Notes: generated by a model from the sequence alone, not told the origin. A stretch of 64,000 nt of DNA from Bacillota bacterium (GCA_043819945.1 JBDREH010000036.1:82-64081); one strand, 5' to 3'; counted from the stretch's first letter, positions 18,748-30,995 are shown. Program-made: numbers and translations.

Positions 18748-19882
18748 CGTATTGATCATCGGTGCAGGTATCAGTGGTGTTAGTATCGCTTATAATCTTG
18801 CTAAAAAGGGTGTAAAAGCCATTCATGTCATTGATAAGGGGTATTTCACAAATGGAGCTACAGGACGCTGTGGTGCTGGTGTTAGACAACAGTGGGCGAC
18901 TGAAATCAACTGTGTTCTAGCGAAAATGAGTATAGAATTCTTCTCAAATGCAAAGAAAATACTAAAATATGAAGGCGATCTGGAGTTCAAACAGGAAGGC
19001 TATCTAATTCTTGCTACGACTCAAGATGAGCATGATCAGTTTACTAAAAATATAATGCTACAAAATTCACTGGGCATCCCATCCAAACAATTGACGGTTG
19101 AAGAGGCATTAAAAATTGTGCCACATTTAAATCCCAATGCTTTTATAAGTGCTACATTTTGTCAGACAGATGGTCATTTGAATCCATTTAAGATAACAGA
19201 AGCATATTACTTGGCTGCAAAGCGACTGGGTGTCACATTTTCCTTTTTTGAAGAAGCAGTTACGATTAAAACTCTTGAACACAAAATCGTTGAGGTTGTA
19301 ACCAATAAAGAAGTTTATCAAACAGAAACTGTTGTCAATGCTGCAGGTGGATATGCAAAAGAAATCGGAGATCTTGCTGGTATAGAGATTCCTGTCTATT
19401 CAGAAAATCATGAAATACTTGCTACGGAACCTATTGAAAAAATGCAAGGACCTATGGTCATTTCATTTTCTAAAAACATTTATTGTCAGCAAGTACCACA
19501 CGGTTCATTTTTGATTGGTAGAGGCACACCAAATGTTCCTCAAGGACATGATACGGAATCTTCATGGCAATTTTTAGATGAAATAGCAAAAACTGTGGTT
19601 GATGTCGTACCACTCATTGGCAATCTTCGTGTGATTAGGCAATGGGGAGGATCTTATAATATGTCTCCTGACCGTCAACCTATCATCAGTGATACGGATC
19701 AACTTGAAGGTTTCTACATGGCATGTGGATTCAGCGGTCATGGATTCATGTTTGCACCGATGACAGGATTATTATTGAGTGAAATGATTTTAAACGAAAA
19801 GCCAACAGTTGATATGACTTCACTTCATTTAGATCGTTTTAAGAATATAGATGTAAATCATATTGAAAAATCAGTTGTATAG
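18737..19882 (+). CDS. DAO-family FAD oxidoreductase, probable L-proline dehydrogenase catalytic subunit
   Basis: IIGAGISG, GATGRCGAGVRQQW, MSPDRQPII, GFSGHGFM; sits next to P5C dehydrogenase. Substrate is inferred. Confidence 0.75.
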   Translation: MKTNVLIIGAGISGVSIAYNLAKKGVKAIHVIDKGYFTNGATGRCGAGVRQQWATEINCVLAKMSIEFFSNAKKILKYEGDLEFKQEGYLILATTQDEHDQFTKNIMLQNSLGIPSKQLTVEEALKIVPHLNPNAFISATFCQTDGHLNPFKITEAYYLAAKRLGVTFSFFEEAVTIKTLEHKIVEVVTNKEVYQTETVVNAAGGYAKEIGDLAGIEIPVYSENHEILATEPIEKMQGPMVISFSKNIYCQQVPHGSFLIGRGTPNVPQGHDTESSWQFLDEIAKTVVDVVPLIGNLRVIRQWGGSYNMSPDRQPIISDTDQLEGFYMACGFSGHGFMFAPMTGLLLSEMILNEKPTVDMTSLHLDRFKNIDVNHIEKSVV

Positions 19883-19897
19883 AAAGGGAGTAATCAT

Positions 19898-21454
19898 ATG
19901 GCGATTTATACTTATCAGACAGAACCACTAACAGATTTCACAAACAAAGAGAATATCAAGAAGTATGAACAAGGATTAGCGATTGTTCAAGGGTATTTAG
20001 GGAGACATTACGATCTCATCATTAATGGAGAACGCATTAAAACCACTAAATCAATGACATCCTTAAATCCATCTGATTTTAAGGAATTTGTTGGTACCAT
20101 CTCACAAGCATCAAGAATTGAAACAAATCTTGCGATTGAATCTGCTCTTCGAGCATTTGAAACTTGGAAATATACCAAACCAGAAATAAGAGCTGATGTT
20201 TTATTTAAATCTGCAGCGATCATCAGAAGAAGAAAATTTGAATTTAGTGCATTAATGACCAAAGAAGCAGGCAAACCATGGCCTGAAGCTGATGCGGATG
20301 TTGCAGAAGCGATTGATTTTCTTGAATATTATGGACGTCAAATGATTGTACTCAACCGAGTAGACGACGCTGTTTTGAGTAGAAGAAATATCGAGCGCAA
20401 TGAATATAAATATATTCCACTTGGTGTTGGTGCGATCATTTCACCCTGGAATTTTCCTTTAGCAATTCTTTCGGGGATGACTTCTGCAGCAATTGTATCA
20501 GGGAATACTGTACTGCTTAAACCAGCAAGCACGACTCAAGTCATCGCATATAAATTCATTGAAGTTCTCGAAGAAGCAGGATTGCCAAACGGTGTTGTCA
20601 ATTTCTTACCTGGAAGTGGTGCTGAAATTGGTGATTATATCGTTGAACATCCCAAAATTAGATTCATTTCCTTTACAGGTTCTAAACAGGTTGGTATGGG
20701 AATATATGAAAAAGCAGCAAAAGTAAATCCAGGTCAGATATGGTTGAAAAGAGTCATTGCTGAAATGGGTGGTAAAGATGCAATTGTTGTCGATCGTGAA
20801 GCTGATCTTGATTTAGCTGCGGAATCAATTGTCAAATCTGCCTTCGGCTTTTCCGGTCAAAAGTGCAGTGCATGTTCAAGAGCAATTATCCATGAGGATG
20901 TTTATGATGTCGTCATTGAAAAGATGGTTAAGCTCACTGAACAGATTAAAGTAGGAAACCCTGAAGAACAAAGTATCTTTATGGGACCCCTAAATGACAA
21001 GAAAGCTTTTGAAAAGGTGACTTCGTATTTTGATATCGGTCATCGTGAAGGCAAATGTGTTATTGGTGGTAAGGCTAATCAATCAGTTGGTTACTTTGTA
21101 GATCCAACCATTTTCATTGATTTAGATCCTAATTCCACTCTAATGCAAGAAGAAATATTTGGACCGATTTTAGCTGTCTCTAAAGTAAAATCTTTTGATG
21201 AAGCCATTAAGGTCGCCAATAATACCGAATACGGTCTCACTGGATCAGTGATATCTAAAAACCGGATGCATTTGGAACAAGCAAGAAGAGATTTCCATGT
21301 TGGTAATCTCTATTTAAACCGCAAATGTACAGGAGCAATCGTGGGTTACCAACCTTTTGGTGGTTTCAACATGAGTGGAACTGACTCAAAAGCTGGTGGT
21401 CCAGATTATTTGATATTACACATGCAAGGTAAATCCGTATCTGAAGCACTATAG
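19898..21454 (+). CDS. pruA: L-glutamate gamma-semialdehyde (P5C) dehydrogenase
   Basis: ALDH motifs [38 protein letters not shown], and the RocA/PruA-type end [20 protein letters not shown]. Confidence 0.93.
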   Translation: MAIYTYQTEPLTDFTNKENIKKYEQGLAIVQGYLGRHYDLIINGERIKTTKSMTSLNPSDFKEFVGTISQASRIETNLAIESALRAFETWKYTKPEIRADVLFKSAAIIRRRKFEFSALMTKEAGKPWPEADADVAEAIDFLEYYGRQMIVLNRVDDAVLSRRNIERNEYKYIPLGVGAIISPWNFPLAILSGMTSAAIVSGNTVLLKPASTTQVIAYKFIEVLEEAGLPNGVVNFLPGSGAEIGDYIVEHPKIRFISFTGSKQVGMGIYEKAAKVNPGQIWLKRVIAEMGGKDAIVVDREADLDLAAESIVKSAFGFSGQKCSACSRAIIHEDVYDVVIEKMVKLTEQIKVGNPEEQSIFMGPLNDKKAFEKVTSYFDIGHREGKCVIGGKANQSVGYFVDPTIFIDLDPNSTLMQEEIFGPILAVSKVKSFDEAIKVANNTEYGLTGSVISKNRMHLEQARRDFHVGNLYLNRKCTGAIVGYQPFGGFNMSGTDSKAGGPDYLILHMQGKSVSEAL

Positions 21455-21490
21455 AAAGACGAATATCAATATTTGACTAAAACAAAAGCA

Positions 21491-21535
21491 TTAAAAAAAG
21501 ACAAAGACTTGTTTACTCAGTTTTTGTCTTTTTAA
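21491..21535. terminator. Bidirectional terminator between the two catabolic operons
   Basis: ttaaaaaaagacaaagact...agtttttgtctttttaa. Confidence 0.75.
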
Positions 21536-22794
21536 TAGAATTCTTTTCGGATTAAGTTTAGAAAGATAGCAACAATAAGTAAATCAGCTGCTCCACCAAA
21601 GCTAATATGCTTTTGAATCATTTTTTTGTTAAAAGCTTTGAGTTGATTGATTTGAGTCACGTCAGTTTGTTTTAACTCTTCTTTAATCTCGTTATAATTT
21701 TCAATATTACCAGCTCGCTTGAGAAAGACAGTGTCTTCTGAAACTAAAATAAGGTATTTGAGCACATTCCTCAATGTTAAATCTTCATCATCAGTTAAGA
21801 GCTTCATGGCTGATTGGACTGATGAAATCCCCCGATAGGCTTCCCCACGTATACCTGTCATTTTATAGGTCTGATATGCTTTATGTCCTGCAGTTAATTG
21901 ATCTTTTTTGAAATCATCTAGGATCGTTTCAGAGATGATTTTGACGTTTGAATAAATACCATAAAAATCTTGTTGGTGACTTAAAGCATATCCTGTTGCA
22001 AGAAGCGCAAGTCCTAAAATGAAAATTAATCCTTTATATGCGTTAACCCCTTGAGTCATCTGTAACATTTCTTGCTCCGCAGCTATTCCTATGGGTCTTG
22101 TTTGCTCAAGAAGGTTACTTAGATGATCAGAAGTAAACCCAACTTCAAAAAGATCAACAAGATATGGCAGAATTGCTTTTTCAGCTTTCACCATCAATAG
22201 GTAATCCATATCCTGATGAGACCCTTGAGAACTCTTGCTAACAAGACCAAACTTGTCATCTAGATTTAATTCAGTAATGATTGCTTGATGAACGATTTTA
22301 GTGACGATATTTCTTAAATATGACCTAACCTGATTTTCAATAAAACCGATTAATGAATCCACAGGATGAGTTTGATTTCTCGAACAAAATAAAGCATCTT
22401 GATTACATAGATAACATTTACGATTTGGGATATGTAAATCAGTTCTTGATAAAGAAAATTGATTCAAATGAAAAACATCTAAATCGATAAAACGGCCTAA
22501 TGGATGGGTTTCTTCAATCATTACCATATGCTTTTTAATATCAAGCGAATTATTTGTATCCACTGCAAATAAACAATAAGGACCATCAGGACTTACTTTT
22601 ATTTCTGCTTTTTTCAGCGGATATAGATTTTGAATTTTCAGACAAAACAAGCGCACCAATAGATGCGCTTCACGGATATTTTTATTTGTACCAGGTATAT
22701 TGGCTTTGACAAGAATGATTGTATTATCTGGAGTCATTAGATGATTGATCTCATTGAGTCTATTTTCGCGTGCATCTAGCGGATCATTTTTCAT
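21532..22794 (-). CDS. citXG: CitX-CitG fusion (prosthetic-group synthase and holo-ACP synthase)
   Basis: N-terminal GRFIDLDV...RKCYLC (CitX) and C-terminal KGLIFILG, GIRGEA, SFGGAADLL (CitG); ATG 22794 overlaps citC stop. Confidence 0.85.
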   Translation of the reverse strand: MKNDPLDARENRLNEINHLMTPDNTIILVKANIPGTNKNIREAHLLVRLFCLKIQNLYPLKKAEIKVSPDGPYCLFAVDTNNSLDIKKHMVMIEETHPLGRFIDLDVFHLNQFSLSRTDLHIPNRKCYLCNQDALFCSRNQTHPVDSLIGFIENQVRSYLRNIVTKIVHQAIITELNLDDKFGLVSKSSQGSHQDMDYLLMVKAEKAILPYLVDLFEVGFTSDHLSNLLEQTRPIGIAAEQEMLQMTQGVNAYKGLIFILGLALLATGYALSHQQDFYGIYSNVKIISETILDDFKKDQLTAGHKAYQTYKMTGIRGEAYRGISSVQSAMKLLTDDEDLTLRNVLKYLILVSEDTVFLKRAGNIENYNEIKEELKQTDVTQINQLKAFNKKMIQKHISFGGAADLLIVAIFLNLIRKEFY

Positions 22795-23785
22795 CAAAAA
22801 TTGCCTTACCTTTAGATGATTTGAGATAGCGATATGTAACATTTGGAACATAGGATTTCAATACTTCATATTGATGATCTTTTGCTAGTTTTCTAACAAG
22901 TGAAGCACTGACTGTAACTGAATTCTTTTCTAAACGGTTGATGACAATCAACTGATCTTTCAGGATTTGTTTCATTGTTTCATTATAGGCATTTGTTGTA
23001 GGGTCTAGGGGTTCATCACCTACATATCTATAGTCAATTTCAAAGATTCTCATAAAGAAATGAAGGAAAATAGAAATATCAAGTTCCATAAAGAGTAAAG
23101 AAACCTCGTTTAATTCTTTTAGAAAGTAGGTTGGAAAAGTAGCTGAAGAAATGATATATTCCGTTGAGGGAAGTATATGAACATTAGTCATATGTTTTGT
23201 TGCTTTTTTCAAGAGCATCATCCGAGTTTCGAAAGAAAAAACAGATTTGTTTTCCTCAACTAAAAAGATGATAACATGATCATTACTTTTGGCACATGTT
23301 TCAATCAGATATAGATGTCCTAAAGTCACTGGATTACAGTTCATGACAATGGCAGCCTTTGTTCCATGAGATAAAGCTAAATCATTTTTCAGTTTCGTTA
23401 ATTTTTCTTCAATGGTATTGATATTGTTTTCAAACATAACAATCTTCTGATTCTCATAGATAAGTGAAAAAGCGAAATCAACAAAATAATGTTTACTTTC
23501 TTGTGTAGTAAAAAGAAAGTACTTTTCAATACCTTTTGCATTCAGTCTTTGGATTAAGGTTGTTAAAACAAGTGCCGTTAAATTTTCTCCTTGATAAAAA
23601 GAATCAATAGCAATCATTTTAATCACATTCTCATAAAGAGACCCAGTAGCTATCAATTGATTTTCATCATAGAATCCAATGGAAAGAGTAACCTTGTCTT
23701 CGAAACGAAGTCCTTGTTTTTCAAGTAACTGTTTCACATCTTCAAGTTCTTTTGGAGTGATACAATCTCTCATCTGATAATTCAT
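22784..23785 (-). CDS. citC: [citrate (pro-3S)-lyase] ligase homolog
   Basis: GNAT-like N-terminus; AIVMNCNPVTLGHLYL, YIISSATFPTYFLKE, RYVGDEP, VSASLVR. Confidence 0.92.
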   Translation of the reverse strand: MNYQMRDCITPKELEDVKQLLEKQGLRFEDKVTLSIGFYDENQLIATGSLYENVIKMIAIDSFYQGENLTALVLTTLIQRLNAKGIEKYFLFTTQESKHYFVDFAFSLIYENQKIVMFENNINTIEEKLTKLKNDLALSHGTKAAIVMNCNPVTLGHLYLIETCAKSNDHVIIFLVEENKSVFSFETRMMLLKKATKHMTNVHILPSTEYIISSATFPTYFLKELNEVSLLFMELDISIFLHFFMRIFEIDYRYVGDEPLDPTTNAYNETMKQILKDQLIVINRLEKNSVTVSASLVRKLAKDHQYEVLKSYVPNVTYRYLKSSKGKAIFDEK

Positions 23786-25308
23786 GAATGATCACTCCTA
23801 AGTTTATATATACTGTCGATGATTGTTCCATCCCGATAACGAACCACTCCTACCACTTGATCATCATGCAAAATAGATTGAGGATTACCAATCATTTGAT
23901 GTGCTTTGTTTAGCAAATCTTCAATCGTCAAAATTTTTAACTCCGAATGTTCAAGCTTCTTTAAAAGATCAGTTCTTTTAGGATTGATCGCAATACCTCT
24001 TTCAGTCACAAGACAATCGATAGACTCTCCAGGTGTTGTTACTGTTGTGACTTGCGCCTTAACCATGGAGGTTCTCGATTTCATCAAGTTGGTCGTGATG
24101 ATGGAAAGCTTTGCACCATAAGCGGTATCTGCATGACCGCCAGATCCACCAATTATTTTTCCTTTTGAATCGGTTGTAACATTGACGTTGAAATTTAAAT
24201 CAATTTCAGTTGCACCTAAAATAACAATATCTAAATCATTTACCATCGCTGATTTCTCCAGTGGATTTGCATACTTAGAAGCACTCATGAATTGATGATT
24301 TGGATTTCTTTTCAGTGAAGAAATAGCTTCATGATCAAAACACTGAACGTCGTATAATCGCTTAAATAAGCCAATTTCGTGCATCTCTACTAAGTAACTT
24401 GTAATACCACCAGAGGCAAATGATCCCTTGATGTTATGTTTAATCATGCTCTTTTTTAGTTCTTCAGCAACAGCTAGACTGGTACCGCCAGCTCCAGTTT
24501 GAAAACTCATATTTTGTTTTAAGTAACCCAGTTCTTCAATTAAGCGCGCTGTATCTTTGGCAATCTTGAGCTGAACTGGATCTCTTGTAGGTTTCGTAGT
24601 ACCAGAAACGATACCAGAAGCATCCCCAATCTTATCGACATTAATAATATAGTCAATATATTGGGCCTCAATTTCAATAGGGTCAATCTTGTTAACTAAA
24701 TGATCAGTGATGACTACTTTATGTTTTGCATAGAGCATATCAGCAATTGCATAACCTAATGTGCCACATGCATTTGGACCATCAATACCATTACCGTTAC
24801 CTTCATCATCACTATTTGGAACTGCGATAAATGCCACATCAATAATCAATTCTCCTGATTCGATCGCTCTTGGTCGTCCGCCATGTGTATCCATGACAAG
24901 TAAGTCCATTAAATATCCTTGACAGATAGCATCAGCAACCGGTCCGTTGATATAATTCGTATATATTTGAGTTACATTCTTATTTTTGATGAGTTCTACA
25001 AGAGGTTCATGAACCGGAAAAATGGCACTAGGAGCAAGTGTCATATTTGTTAAATTACGCTTTTTAATTTCTTCGAAAACCATATTCATGATACCATCAC
25101 CATTTCTCAAATGATGATGAAAAGAAAGAGTCATCCCATCATGAATGGGTATCATATCAAATAACTTTGATAGATTTTCGACTGATTTCTTGGTGTTTGT
25201 TGTCAACACTTTAGAAATTAAAGGTCTTTTTTTAATTTTAAGGAAATGATCAGCACCTTGATAAGGAATCATCCCTAAAGGTACATGACGATTCAAAGAG
25301 TTATTCAT
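23782..25308 (-). CDS. citF: Citrate/citramalate lyase alpha subunit (acyl-ACP transferase)
   Basis: SFHHHLRNGD, THGGRPRAIESG, FQTGAGG, FNVNVTTDS.G.IIGGSGGHADTA, VTTPGE. Confidence 0.92.
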   Translation of the reverse strand: MNNSLNRHVPLGMIPYQGADHFLKIKKRPLISKVLTTNTKKSVENLSKLFDMIPIHDGMTLSFHHHLRNGDGIMNMVFEEIKKRNLTNMTLAPSAIFPVHEPLVELIKNKNVTQIYTNYINGPVADAICQGYLMDLLVMDTHGGRPRAIESGELIIDVAFIAVPNSDDEGNGNGIDGPNACGTLGYAIADMLYAKHKVVITDHLVNKIDPIEIEAQYIDYIINVDKIGDASGIVSGTTKPTRDPVQLKIAKDTARLIEELGYLKQNMSFQTGAGGTSLAVAEELKKSMIKHNIKGSFASGGITSYLVEMHEIGLFKRLYDVQCFDHEAISSLKRNPNHQFMSASKYANPLEKSAMVNDLDIVILGATEIDLNFNVNVTTDSKGKIIGGSGGHADTAYGAKLSIITTNLMKSRTSMVKAQVTTVTTPGESIDCLVTERGIAINPKRTDLLKKLEHSELKILTIEDLLNKAHQMIGNPQSILHDDQVVGVVRYRDGTIIDSIYKLRSDHS

Positions 25309-25315
25309 GATTCAC

Positions 25316-26179
25316 CTATAGGAGATGCCACTTCTCAGCTTTTTCCAATAATTTTTTTGCGCGTTCAATAATTGGTTTGTCAATCATTTTACCGTCCACA
25401 GAAAAAGCACCTTTCTTTTCCTTTTCAGCTAAAAGGAGTGCCTGGAGTATTTTTTTAGCATGCTCTATTTCCTGTTGAGTGGGGACGAATACAGTATTCA
25501 CAATATCAATTTGGTTTGGATGAATACAAACCTTAGCAGTCATACCTAAACTTTTGGCGTTTATTGAATCCTTCATTAAGCCTTTCTCGTCTTGAGTATG
25601 CGTAAATGGTGTATCAATAGCATCGATTTGATGTGCTTTCGCAGCTAAAACAACGAGACTTCTCGATAGAAGAATCTCAAGACCAATCTCAGTCCGTTCA
25701 ATTTCCAAGTCTGTTGCAAGGTCTTCACCACCAAGTAAGAGGCCATTGACACGATTCACAGAAGCAATTTGTCCAACCTCTATAACAGACTGTGCATTTT
25801 CAATGATTGGCACAATTCCAATATTTTTGGTCATCTTTTTTTGTTTTTCAATTTTATCAAGTAGCTTTGATAAATAAAGGGTATCCTTATATGTAGCTTT
25901 TGGAAGCATAACTGTGTCAATTTTGTCATTGATTATCGTTTCAATATCATTTTTAGAAAAAGGGGTTTCCAAACTATTGATTCGAACGATAACTTCAAAA
26001 TTTTCTATTGGAAAAGTCTTGAGAAATTGCTCTAGTAAAAATAAAGCTGCATCCTTTTCAGAAAGCATGACTGCATCTTCAAGATCGAAGATAATTCCAT
26101 CAGCAGCAAAAATATCAGCATTTTGTAACATTGCTGGAGAATTTGCAGGTATAAATAATAGACTTCTACGCATGATCAT
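25316..26179 (-). CDS. citE: Citrate/citramalate lyase beta subunit
   Basis: RRSLLFIPANSP, FDLEDAV, VRIN, GGEDL, DTPF, CIHPNQI. Confidence 0.92.
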   Translation of the reverse strand: MIMRRSLLFIPANSPAMLQNADIFAADGIIFDLEDAVMLSEKDAALFLLEQFLKTFPIENFEVIVRINSLETPFSKNDIETIINDKIDTVMLPKATYKDTLYLSKLLDKIEKQKKMTKNIGIVPIIENAQSVIEVGQIASVNRVNGLLLGGEDLATDLEIERTEIGLEILLSRSLVVLAAKAHQIDAIDTPFTHTQDEKGLMKDSINAKSLGMTAKVCIHPNQIDIVNTVFVPTQQEIEHAKKILQALLLAEKEKKGAFSVDGKMIDKPIIERAKKLLEKAEKWHLL

Positions 26180-26426
26180 CACTCATCCTTCTTATAGCAG
26201 TCAATAATCTAGCTTTAATCGTATAATCTAGTGCTCCCTTGTCATTTATGGTTACATGGATATTTTTTATGTTGAGCTCTTTTAAAGTGTCTTGAATCAC
26301 TCTATTAATCTGATCTTTAAATTGATCATACACAATGCTTTTAATATCGATAGTCATGCCTGTTTGTTTTTTTACGGTAATTAAGCAATCATTTGATTCA
26401 AATGTACCAGCTGATGCTATTTTCAT
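26166..26426 (-). CDS. citD: Citrate/citramalate lyase acyl carrier protein
   Basis: AGTFESND (prosthetic-group Ser), DKGALD...KARL.TA. Confidence 0.92.
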   Translation of the reverse strand: MKIASAGTFESNDCLITVKKQTGMTIDIKSIVYDQFKDQINRVIQDTLKELNIKNIHVTINDKGALDYTIKARLLTAIRRMSDDHA

Positions 26427-26434
26427 CAAATCAC

Positions 26435-27679
26435 CTATTTTCTTGCGTTTGATCGTGCAATGACGCGTTCCATTTCATTTTTTACAATCATGAAACCACC
26501 GTCTACATCCATACCTGGCTTGGCTAAACATAGATCTGCTTGACAAGCAATGGCGACATTGGTTGTAGCGATTGCTGAAATATTAGTTTCATTGCATGTT
26601 CCACCACAATATGCACCAATATGATTTTCTTTACAATAGATGATTGCCTCAGCAATATTATTTAAACCACCTAAATCAGGTGTTTTTATTTGCAAAATGT
26701 GTCCTGCCTTATTGTCTGCAAAATACTTAATGTCATCTAGAGTATTGCACCATTCATCAGCAACAATTTCCACACCGATATTTTCGTCATCGATTCTTTT
26801 TCTGATGTCTCTTAGAGCAATCATTGTTCCTTCACGATCACCAGTATCGATAGGTCCTTCGAGTCTGATCTTAAATGGTTGTGCGACTTTTTCTAGTGAT
26901 TTGATGTAGCTTATGATTTTATCAAGATCATTATCAAAAGCAATACCAATCGTCCCATAAACATCAATATGCAAAATTGGCATATATTTATCATTTTGTC
27001 TATACTTGAGGATGCGTTCTTTCAACCACTTAACATAATCGAGTAACAATTCACCTCTATACCCCAATTTTTCCTTTACATTATTAATCAGTGCGTGAGG
27101 TAATGAATCTACTTCTTTGAGAATCATTTTATCAACATTGGTATAGCGGTCATCACCTGTTTGAGCAAAAATAGGAACTCTCTTTAGTTGTTTATATTCA
27201 GGATTATATTCATCTCTGATGACTTCTGCAAGAGTTCTTTTAGTAGATATGGCTACTGCACTGAGTAAAGCTTGTGTAATGCCATACCTGATTGCAGTAT
27301 GCATTCTTTGGCCATTGATTTGCATATGGTCGTATTTTTCTGAAAGCATCTTGAAGATAGATACATCTTCACCTATGAGTAGTGGCTTGATATGCTGCTC
27401 TATCCAAGGAAGATAATCTCCTGCTAAAAATAAAGGATCTCTTCCTCCAGCACCTGAATATTGAACAGCAGCACAATCGCCAATTCCAATATCACCATTT
27501 TCGAGAATGAGTTGGATGGAGATAGCTTCACCAGGAACTCTAATATTTGCAAAGCCAGATGTCATTGGACTTCCGACATATAGAAATCCATCATGATCTG
27601 CTCCGCGTTTGATTGCTTTTTGATCATCAAAGTAGAATCCTGTATAAGATTTGGTTAGAATTACGTCAATAATTTTCAT
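26435..27679 (-). CDS. mal: Methylaspartate ammonia-lyase
   Basis: [67 protein letters not shown]. Confidence 0.97.
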   Translation of the reverse strand: MKIIDVILTKSYTGFYFDDQKAIKRGADHDGFLYVGSPMTSGFANIRVPGEAISIQLILENGDIGIGDCAAVQYSGAGGRDPLFLAGDYLPWIEQHIKPLLIGEDVSIFKMLSEKYDHMQINGQRMHTAIRYGITQALLSAVAISTKRTLAEVIRDEYNPEYKQLKRVPIFAQTGDDRYTNVDKMILKEVDSLPHALINNVKEKLGYRGELLLDYVKWLKERILKYRQNDKYMPILHIDVYGTIGIAFDNDLDKIISYIKSLEKVAQPFKIRLEGPIDTGDREGTMIALRDIRKRIDDENIGVEIVADEWCNTLDDIKYFADNKAGHILQIKTPDLGGLNNIAEAIIYCKENHIGAYCGGTCNETNISAIATTNVAIACQADLCLAKPGMDVDGGFMIVKNEMERVIARSNARK

Positions 27680-29148
27680 GTTCTATTTTTGTTTTTTGCT
27701 GGTCTGCCAATCAATTGACCTTGACTGACGGCATAAATGTCATCAACTGTCATCTGGAAGGTGATTGGTCTGCCTTCAACTCTTGACCTTTCTTTTAGTT
27801 TAGCCTTGTGAAATTCTCTAATTTCTTGATTCATTCCGAGATTGCCAAATTCTAAGATGCGAACGCAACCCTCATTATCTCTAGCGGGTAGAACTTTATT
27901 TGCATTTTGCTTGCTTGGAGCAAAGGGAACATCAAGAACTCCCATCTCGAATGCTTTGATTGTTCCTACAGCTAGGTCGTCATTGCCAAGTTTATAAACT
28001 TCTGTTAGAAGTGACTCAACTTCCTTGCGAATTTGTTTCATCTCATTTTTCAGTTTTGTTGTTGCTGGATATTTTTGATCTTGCAATAAGGAAACAACCA
28101 TTTTTGATGCACGAATGCCATATGCATTGATTTCTTTGGTGGGAATACCAATGGATTCATAAGGTGTTTTAGTAATCATCTTTGTCGCACCAGAAAGTGC
28201 TGCGACAGTTGATGCCATGGAAATCAAACCAGTTGCTGCCGCTTCATCTTGTGGAAATCCACCCATCCATTGATGGAAAACGGTTGTAACTGTCATATTT
28301 TCATAGCCATATTTTTTTAAATATTCTTCTGTGAGTTCTTGTAATATCCTAATAGAAGCAATATCTTGTATGACATTTCCACATTGCCCATAACCAACAG
28401 TAATGTTTTTTACTCCTTGCTCTGCTGCAAGAAGTGATTCAATAATGCCAATGGTTATTGAAATTGAAGGGGGAACGAGTGTTCCTGTCAAAGGTCCAAA
28501 TGGTTCACGGTTGATACTAATGCCATGATCCTCGTAATATCCAACTAAGCGATCACAATATTGCCAATAATAAAGAGAATCTGCAATCGATATGTTTTTT
28601 GCATAAGGTAAGTTGTAAGAAATGCCCCCTCCTTCATTGGAAGTCCAACCTGCTGCATGGATAATTTCTGCTAGTAATCTTCCATCAGGGGTACCATGTC
28701 TTGCTTGAAGAGGTACATTAACAGAGTCTAGTACTTGCTTACATGCGCGAACACCATGATTGACTGCAGGAAAACCATTGAGTAGTGACCTGCCCTCTTG
28801 AACGCTCATTTTGATACCTTCTTCAACTTCTTGATATCTGTTGTGTCGTGTATATGAATCAATAGTTGCAGGTAAAAAATCAGCCCCTGCTGCTTCTAGA
28901 TATTGCATCAATTCAATGTGCTCATTGAGTAATGCAACTCCGGCTCTTGGCTGTAAATAAGTTCTTTTCTGTTTTTTTGCTTCAATCAATTTTAATGCGA
29001 AATTTTTATGTGGGGGAACATTGCGTAGCGTTTCAACAGCAACATCCAAGTCTAATAATGGATCATTGCCTGTAGGCCATGATGATAAGACTTCCTTACG
29101 AACCTCTAAAAATTTTTCGAGCGGCCATTTCTTGTTAACGACTTGCAT
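27676..29148 (-). CDS. glmE: Glutamate mutase (methylaspartate mutase) E subunit
   Basis: [54 protein letters not shown]. Confidence 0.97.
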   Translation of the reverse strand: MQVVNKKWPLEKFLEVRKEVLSSWPTGNDPLLDLDVAVETLRNVPPHKNFALKLIEAKKQKRTYLQPRAGVALLNEHIELMQYLEAAGADFLPATIDSYTRHNRYQEVEEGIKMSVQEGRSLLNGFPAVNHGVRACKQVLDSVNVPLQARHGTPDGRLLAEIIHAAGWTSNEGGGISYNLPYAKNISIADSLYYWQYCDRLVGYYEDHGISINREPFGPLTGTLVPPSISITIGIIESLLAAEQGVKNITVGYGQCGNVIQDIASIRILQELTEEYLKKYGYENMTVTTVFHQWMGGFPQDEAAATGLISMASTVAALSGATKMITKTPYESIGIPTKEINAYGIRASKMVVSLLQDQKYPATTKLKNEMKQIRKEVESLLTEVYKLGNDDLAVGTIKAFEMGVLDVPFAPSKQNANKVLPARDNEGCVRILEFGNLGMNQEIREFHKAKLKERSRVEGRPITFQMTVDDIYAVSQGQLIGRPAKNKNRT

Positions 29149-29158
29149 AATTTTTCTC

Positions 29159-30541
29159 CTAAATTTCAGTGATGTGTTTCTTCATAATTTTCAAAGCTAT
29201 TTCAGGATGATCCATGCTTAAAAGACCCATTGCTGACAAAATATAAGCTTTATCGAGTAAGAATTTTGGTGCTTTTGGTCTTAACTCCATGGATCTGCTT
29301 TCAATTTTTGTTGCTCTTTTCAGCATCTTAACAGGATCTTTACTGCTGATGACAACACCACCAGTTCCTATGAAGTAATTTGCCTTTGTTAAATCCTTGC
29401 CAACTTGATAATACATAATTCCCATAGGTGTATAAACACCTTTAAGTGTACCTACGTGTCTTGAGGTTGCTGTATCTATACATCTTGCAGCAAGGATGTC
29501 ATCAACGATATAATCATGATCAGATTCAGAAATAAAATCAATATGCTTAAATCTATTCGTTGCTTCCATGACTATATCAATGCCCTTTTTATTGAAATGG
29601 CTAATCTCAGAGGGGCTCATTGCACTTAAAACTCCAAGGGCAGAATAGCGCATACCCAAATCACCTTCAACTGTTCTTTTTGCAAATGGCTCTTCGAGTC
29701 CACTGAGTAGCGCATTCATCTGAGTAGGTAAACCAGCAGCCATTGAATAGATGTCTGTGGTTGCACCACCAACATCAGCAATCATTAAATCACCTAACCC
29801 TGATTCATTGTCAAAACCCGTCGAAAGTAGTTCTGCAGCCATTAATACGGCATTTGGAGTTGGCACAACCACTCTATCGATGGTTTTCTCTATTTTTTTG
29901 ATTCCTTTTGCTTCTATAATATTTTTAACAAATATTTCCTTGATTTTATCTTTAGCACTGTTAATGTTCAACACATTAAGACGTGGCATTACATTTTCAC
30001 AAATATAAAAATCCTTTTTTGCAGCTGATAGAATTTCTGTTATTTCATCTGCTGCATCTTTATTTCCAGCAAATACAATAGGTGCAATGACTGAAGAATT
30101 TGCCAGTTTTTTGGCATTATGAATGACACATTCAGAATTTCCTCCATTTGCTCCTCCAGCAAGTAGCACGATATCTATATTCTTATCTAGAATACTTTGA
30201 ACTTCGGCATTATTGATATTATGTGACAAAACAAGCTCAACCTTGGCTCCAGCACCTAGACAAACTCTAGTGGCAGCTTCGGTTGTCAGTTCTTCAACTA
30301 GACCAATTGCGACCATCTTTAAGCCGCCAGCAGCAGAAGAGCAAGCAATAATTCGATCAAAATCGATTTTTGATCCAATTTTCTCATATAGTCTTTCCAA
30401 AGCCTTTTCATACCCAATAACAATATTGGTATCTACAGTAGTTATCGCTTTAGAAGTAGCAATGATATCTTCACGATCCAAATCCACAGCTGTCAATTTC
30501 GTGAATGTTGATCCAAAATCAACCAATAAGTAATTAGGCAT
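29159..30541 (-). CDS. glmL: Glutamate mutase accessory/reactivating protein (MutL/GlmL)
   Basis: [41 protein letters not shown]; located between the S and E subunits. Confidence 0.93.
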   Translation of the reverse strand: MPNYLLVDFGSTFTKLTAVDLDREDIIATSKAITTVDTNIVIGYEKALERLYEKIGSKIDFDRIIACSSAAGGLKMVAIGLVEELTTEAATRVCLGAGAKVELVLSHNINNAEVQSILDKNIDIVLLAGGANGGNSECVIHNAKKLANSSVIAPIVFAGNKDAADEITEILSAAKKDFYICENVMPRLNVLNINSAKDKIKEIFVKNIIEAKGIKKIEKTIDRVVVPTPNAVLMAAELLSTGFDNESGLGDLMIADVGGATTDIYSMAAGLPTQMNALLSGLEEPFAKRTVEGDLGMRYSALGVLSAMSPSEISHFNKKGIDIVMEATNRFKHIDFISESDHDYIVDDILAARCIDTATSRHVGTLKGVYTPMGIMYYQVGKDLTKANYFIGTGGVVISSKDPVKMLKRATKIESRSMELRPKAPKFLLDKAYILSAMGLLSMDHPEIALKIMKKHITEI

Positions 30542-30948
30542 TATGATTCTCCCAAATCTTCTTTAATCGTTTGCAAAACATCGTCAATTGTGACACCTGG
30601 TGGATAAATACGATCAAATCCCATATCCTTGAATCGCTTTTCAACTTCTATAAAATCTTGTTTGCCAACAACGATATTTCCTCCAACATACAATAAAACA
30701 CCATCAAGCCCAGCCTCATTACATTTATCTCTCATGCCACGGCAATCCAGTTCACCATGCCCGTATAAGGATGAGACTAAAATTAAATGAGCCGATGTTT
30801 CAATCGCTGCATTTATAAAATCCTCTTGAGACGCTAACACTCCAACGTTGACTACGTTGTATCCTTCTCGTGTTAACGTGTACTCAATGATTCTATTTCC
30901 GACAGCATGAACATCAGCTCCGATAACGCCAATAACTATGGATTTCAT
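30541..30948 (-). CDS. glmS: Glutamate mutase S (cobalamin-binding) subunit
   Basis: DVHAVG (DxHxxG), SSLYG, GG B12-binding motifs; GGAGGA RBS gives ATG 30948. Not glucosamine synthase. Confidence 0.97.
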   Translation of the reverse strand: MKSIVIGVIGADVHAVGNRIIEYTLTREGYNVVNVGVLASQEDFINAAIETSAHLILVSSLYGHGELDCRGMRDKCNEAGLDGVLLYVGGNIVVGKQDFIEVEKRFKDMGFDRIYPPGVTIDDVLQTIKEDLGES

Positions 30949-30995
30949 TTTTCCTCCGGTCAAATTGCTCTTAATCTGGATTTTTTTCAAAAAAA

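Noticed and set aside
16605-19882. Sarcosine oxidase or hydrogen cyanide synthase
   Set aside because: No folate-binding or gamma/delta sarcosine oxidase subunits; adjacency to P5C dehydrogenase points to proline.
21532-26426. Ordinary citrate fermentation operon
   Set aside because: No citrate transporter, oxaloacetate decarboxylase or cit regulator nearby, and citD directly follows mal. Not excluded without assay, but less parsimonious.
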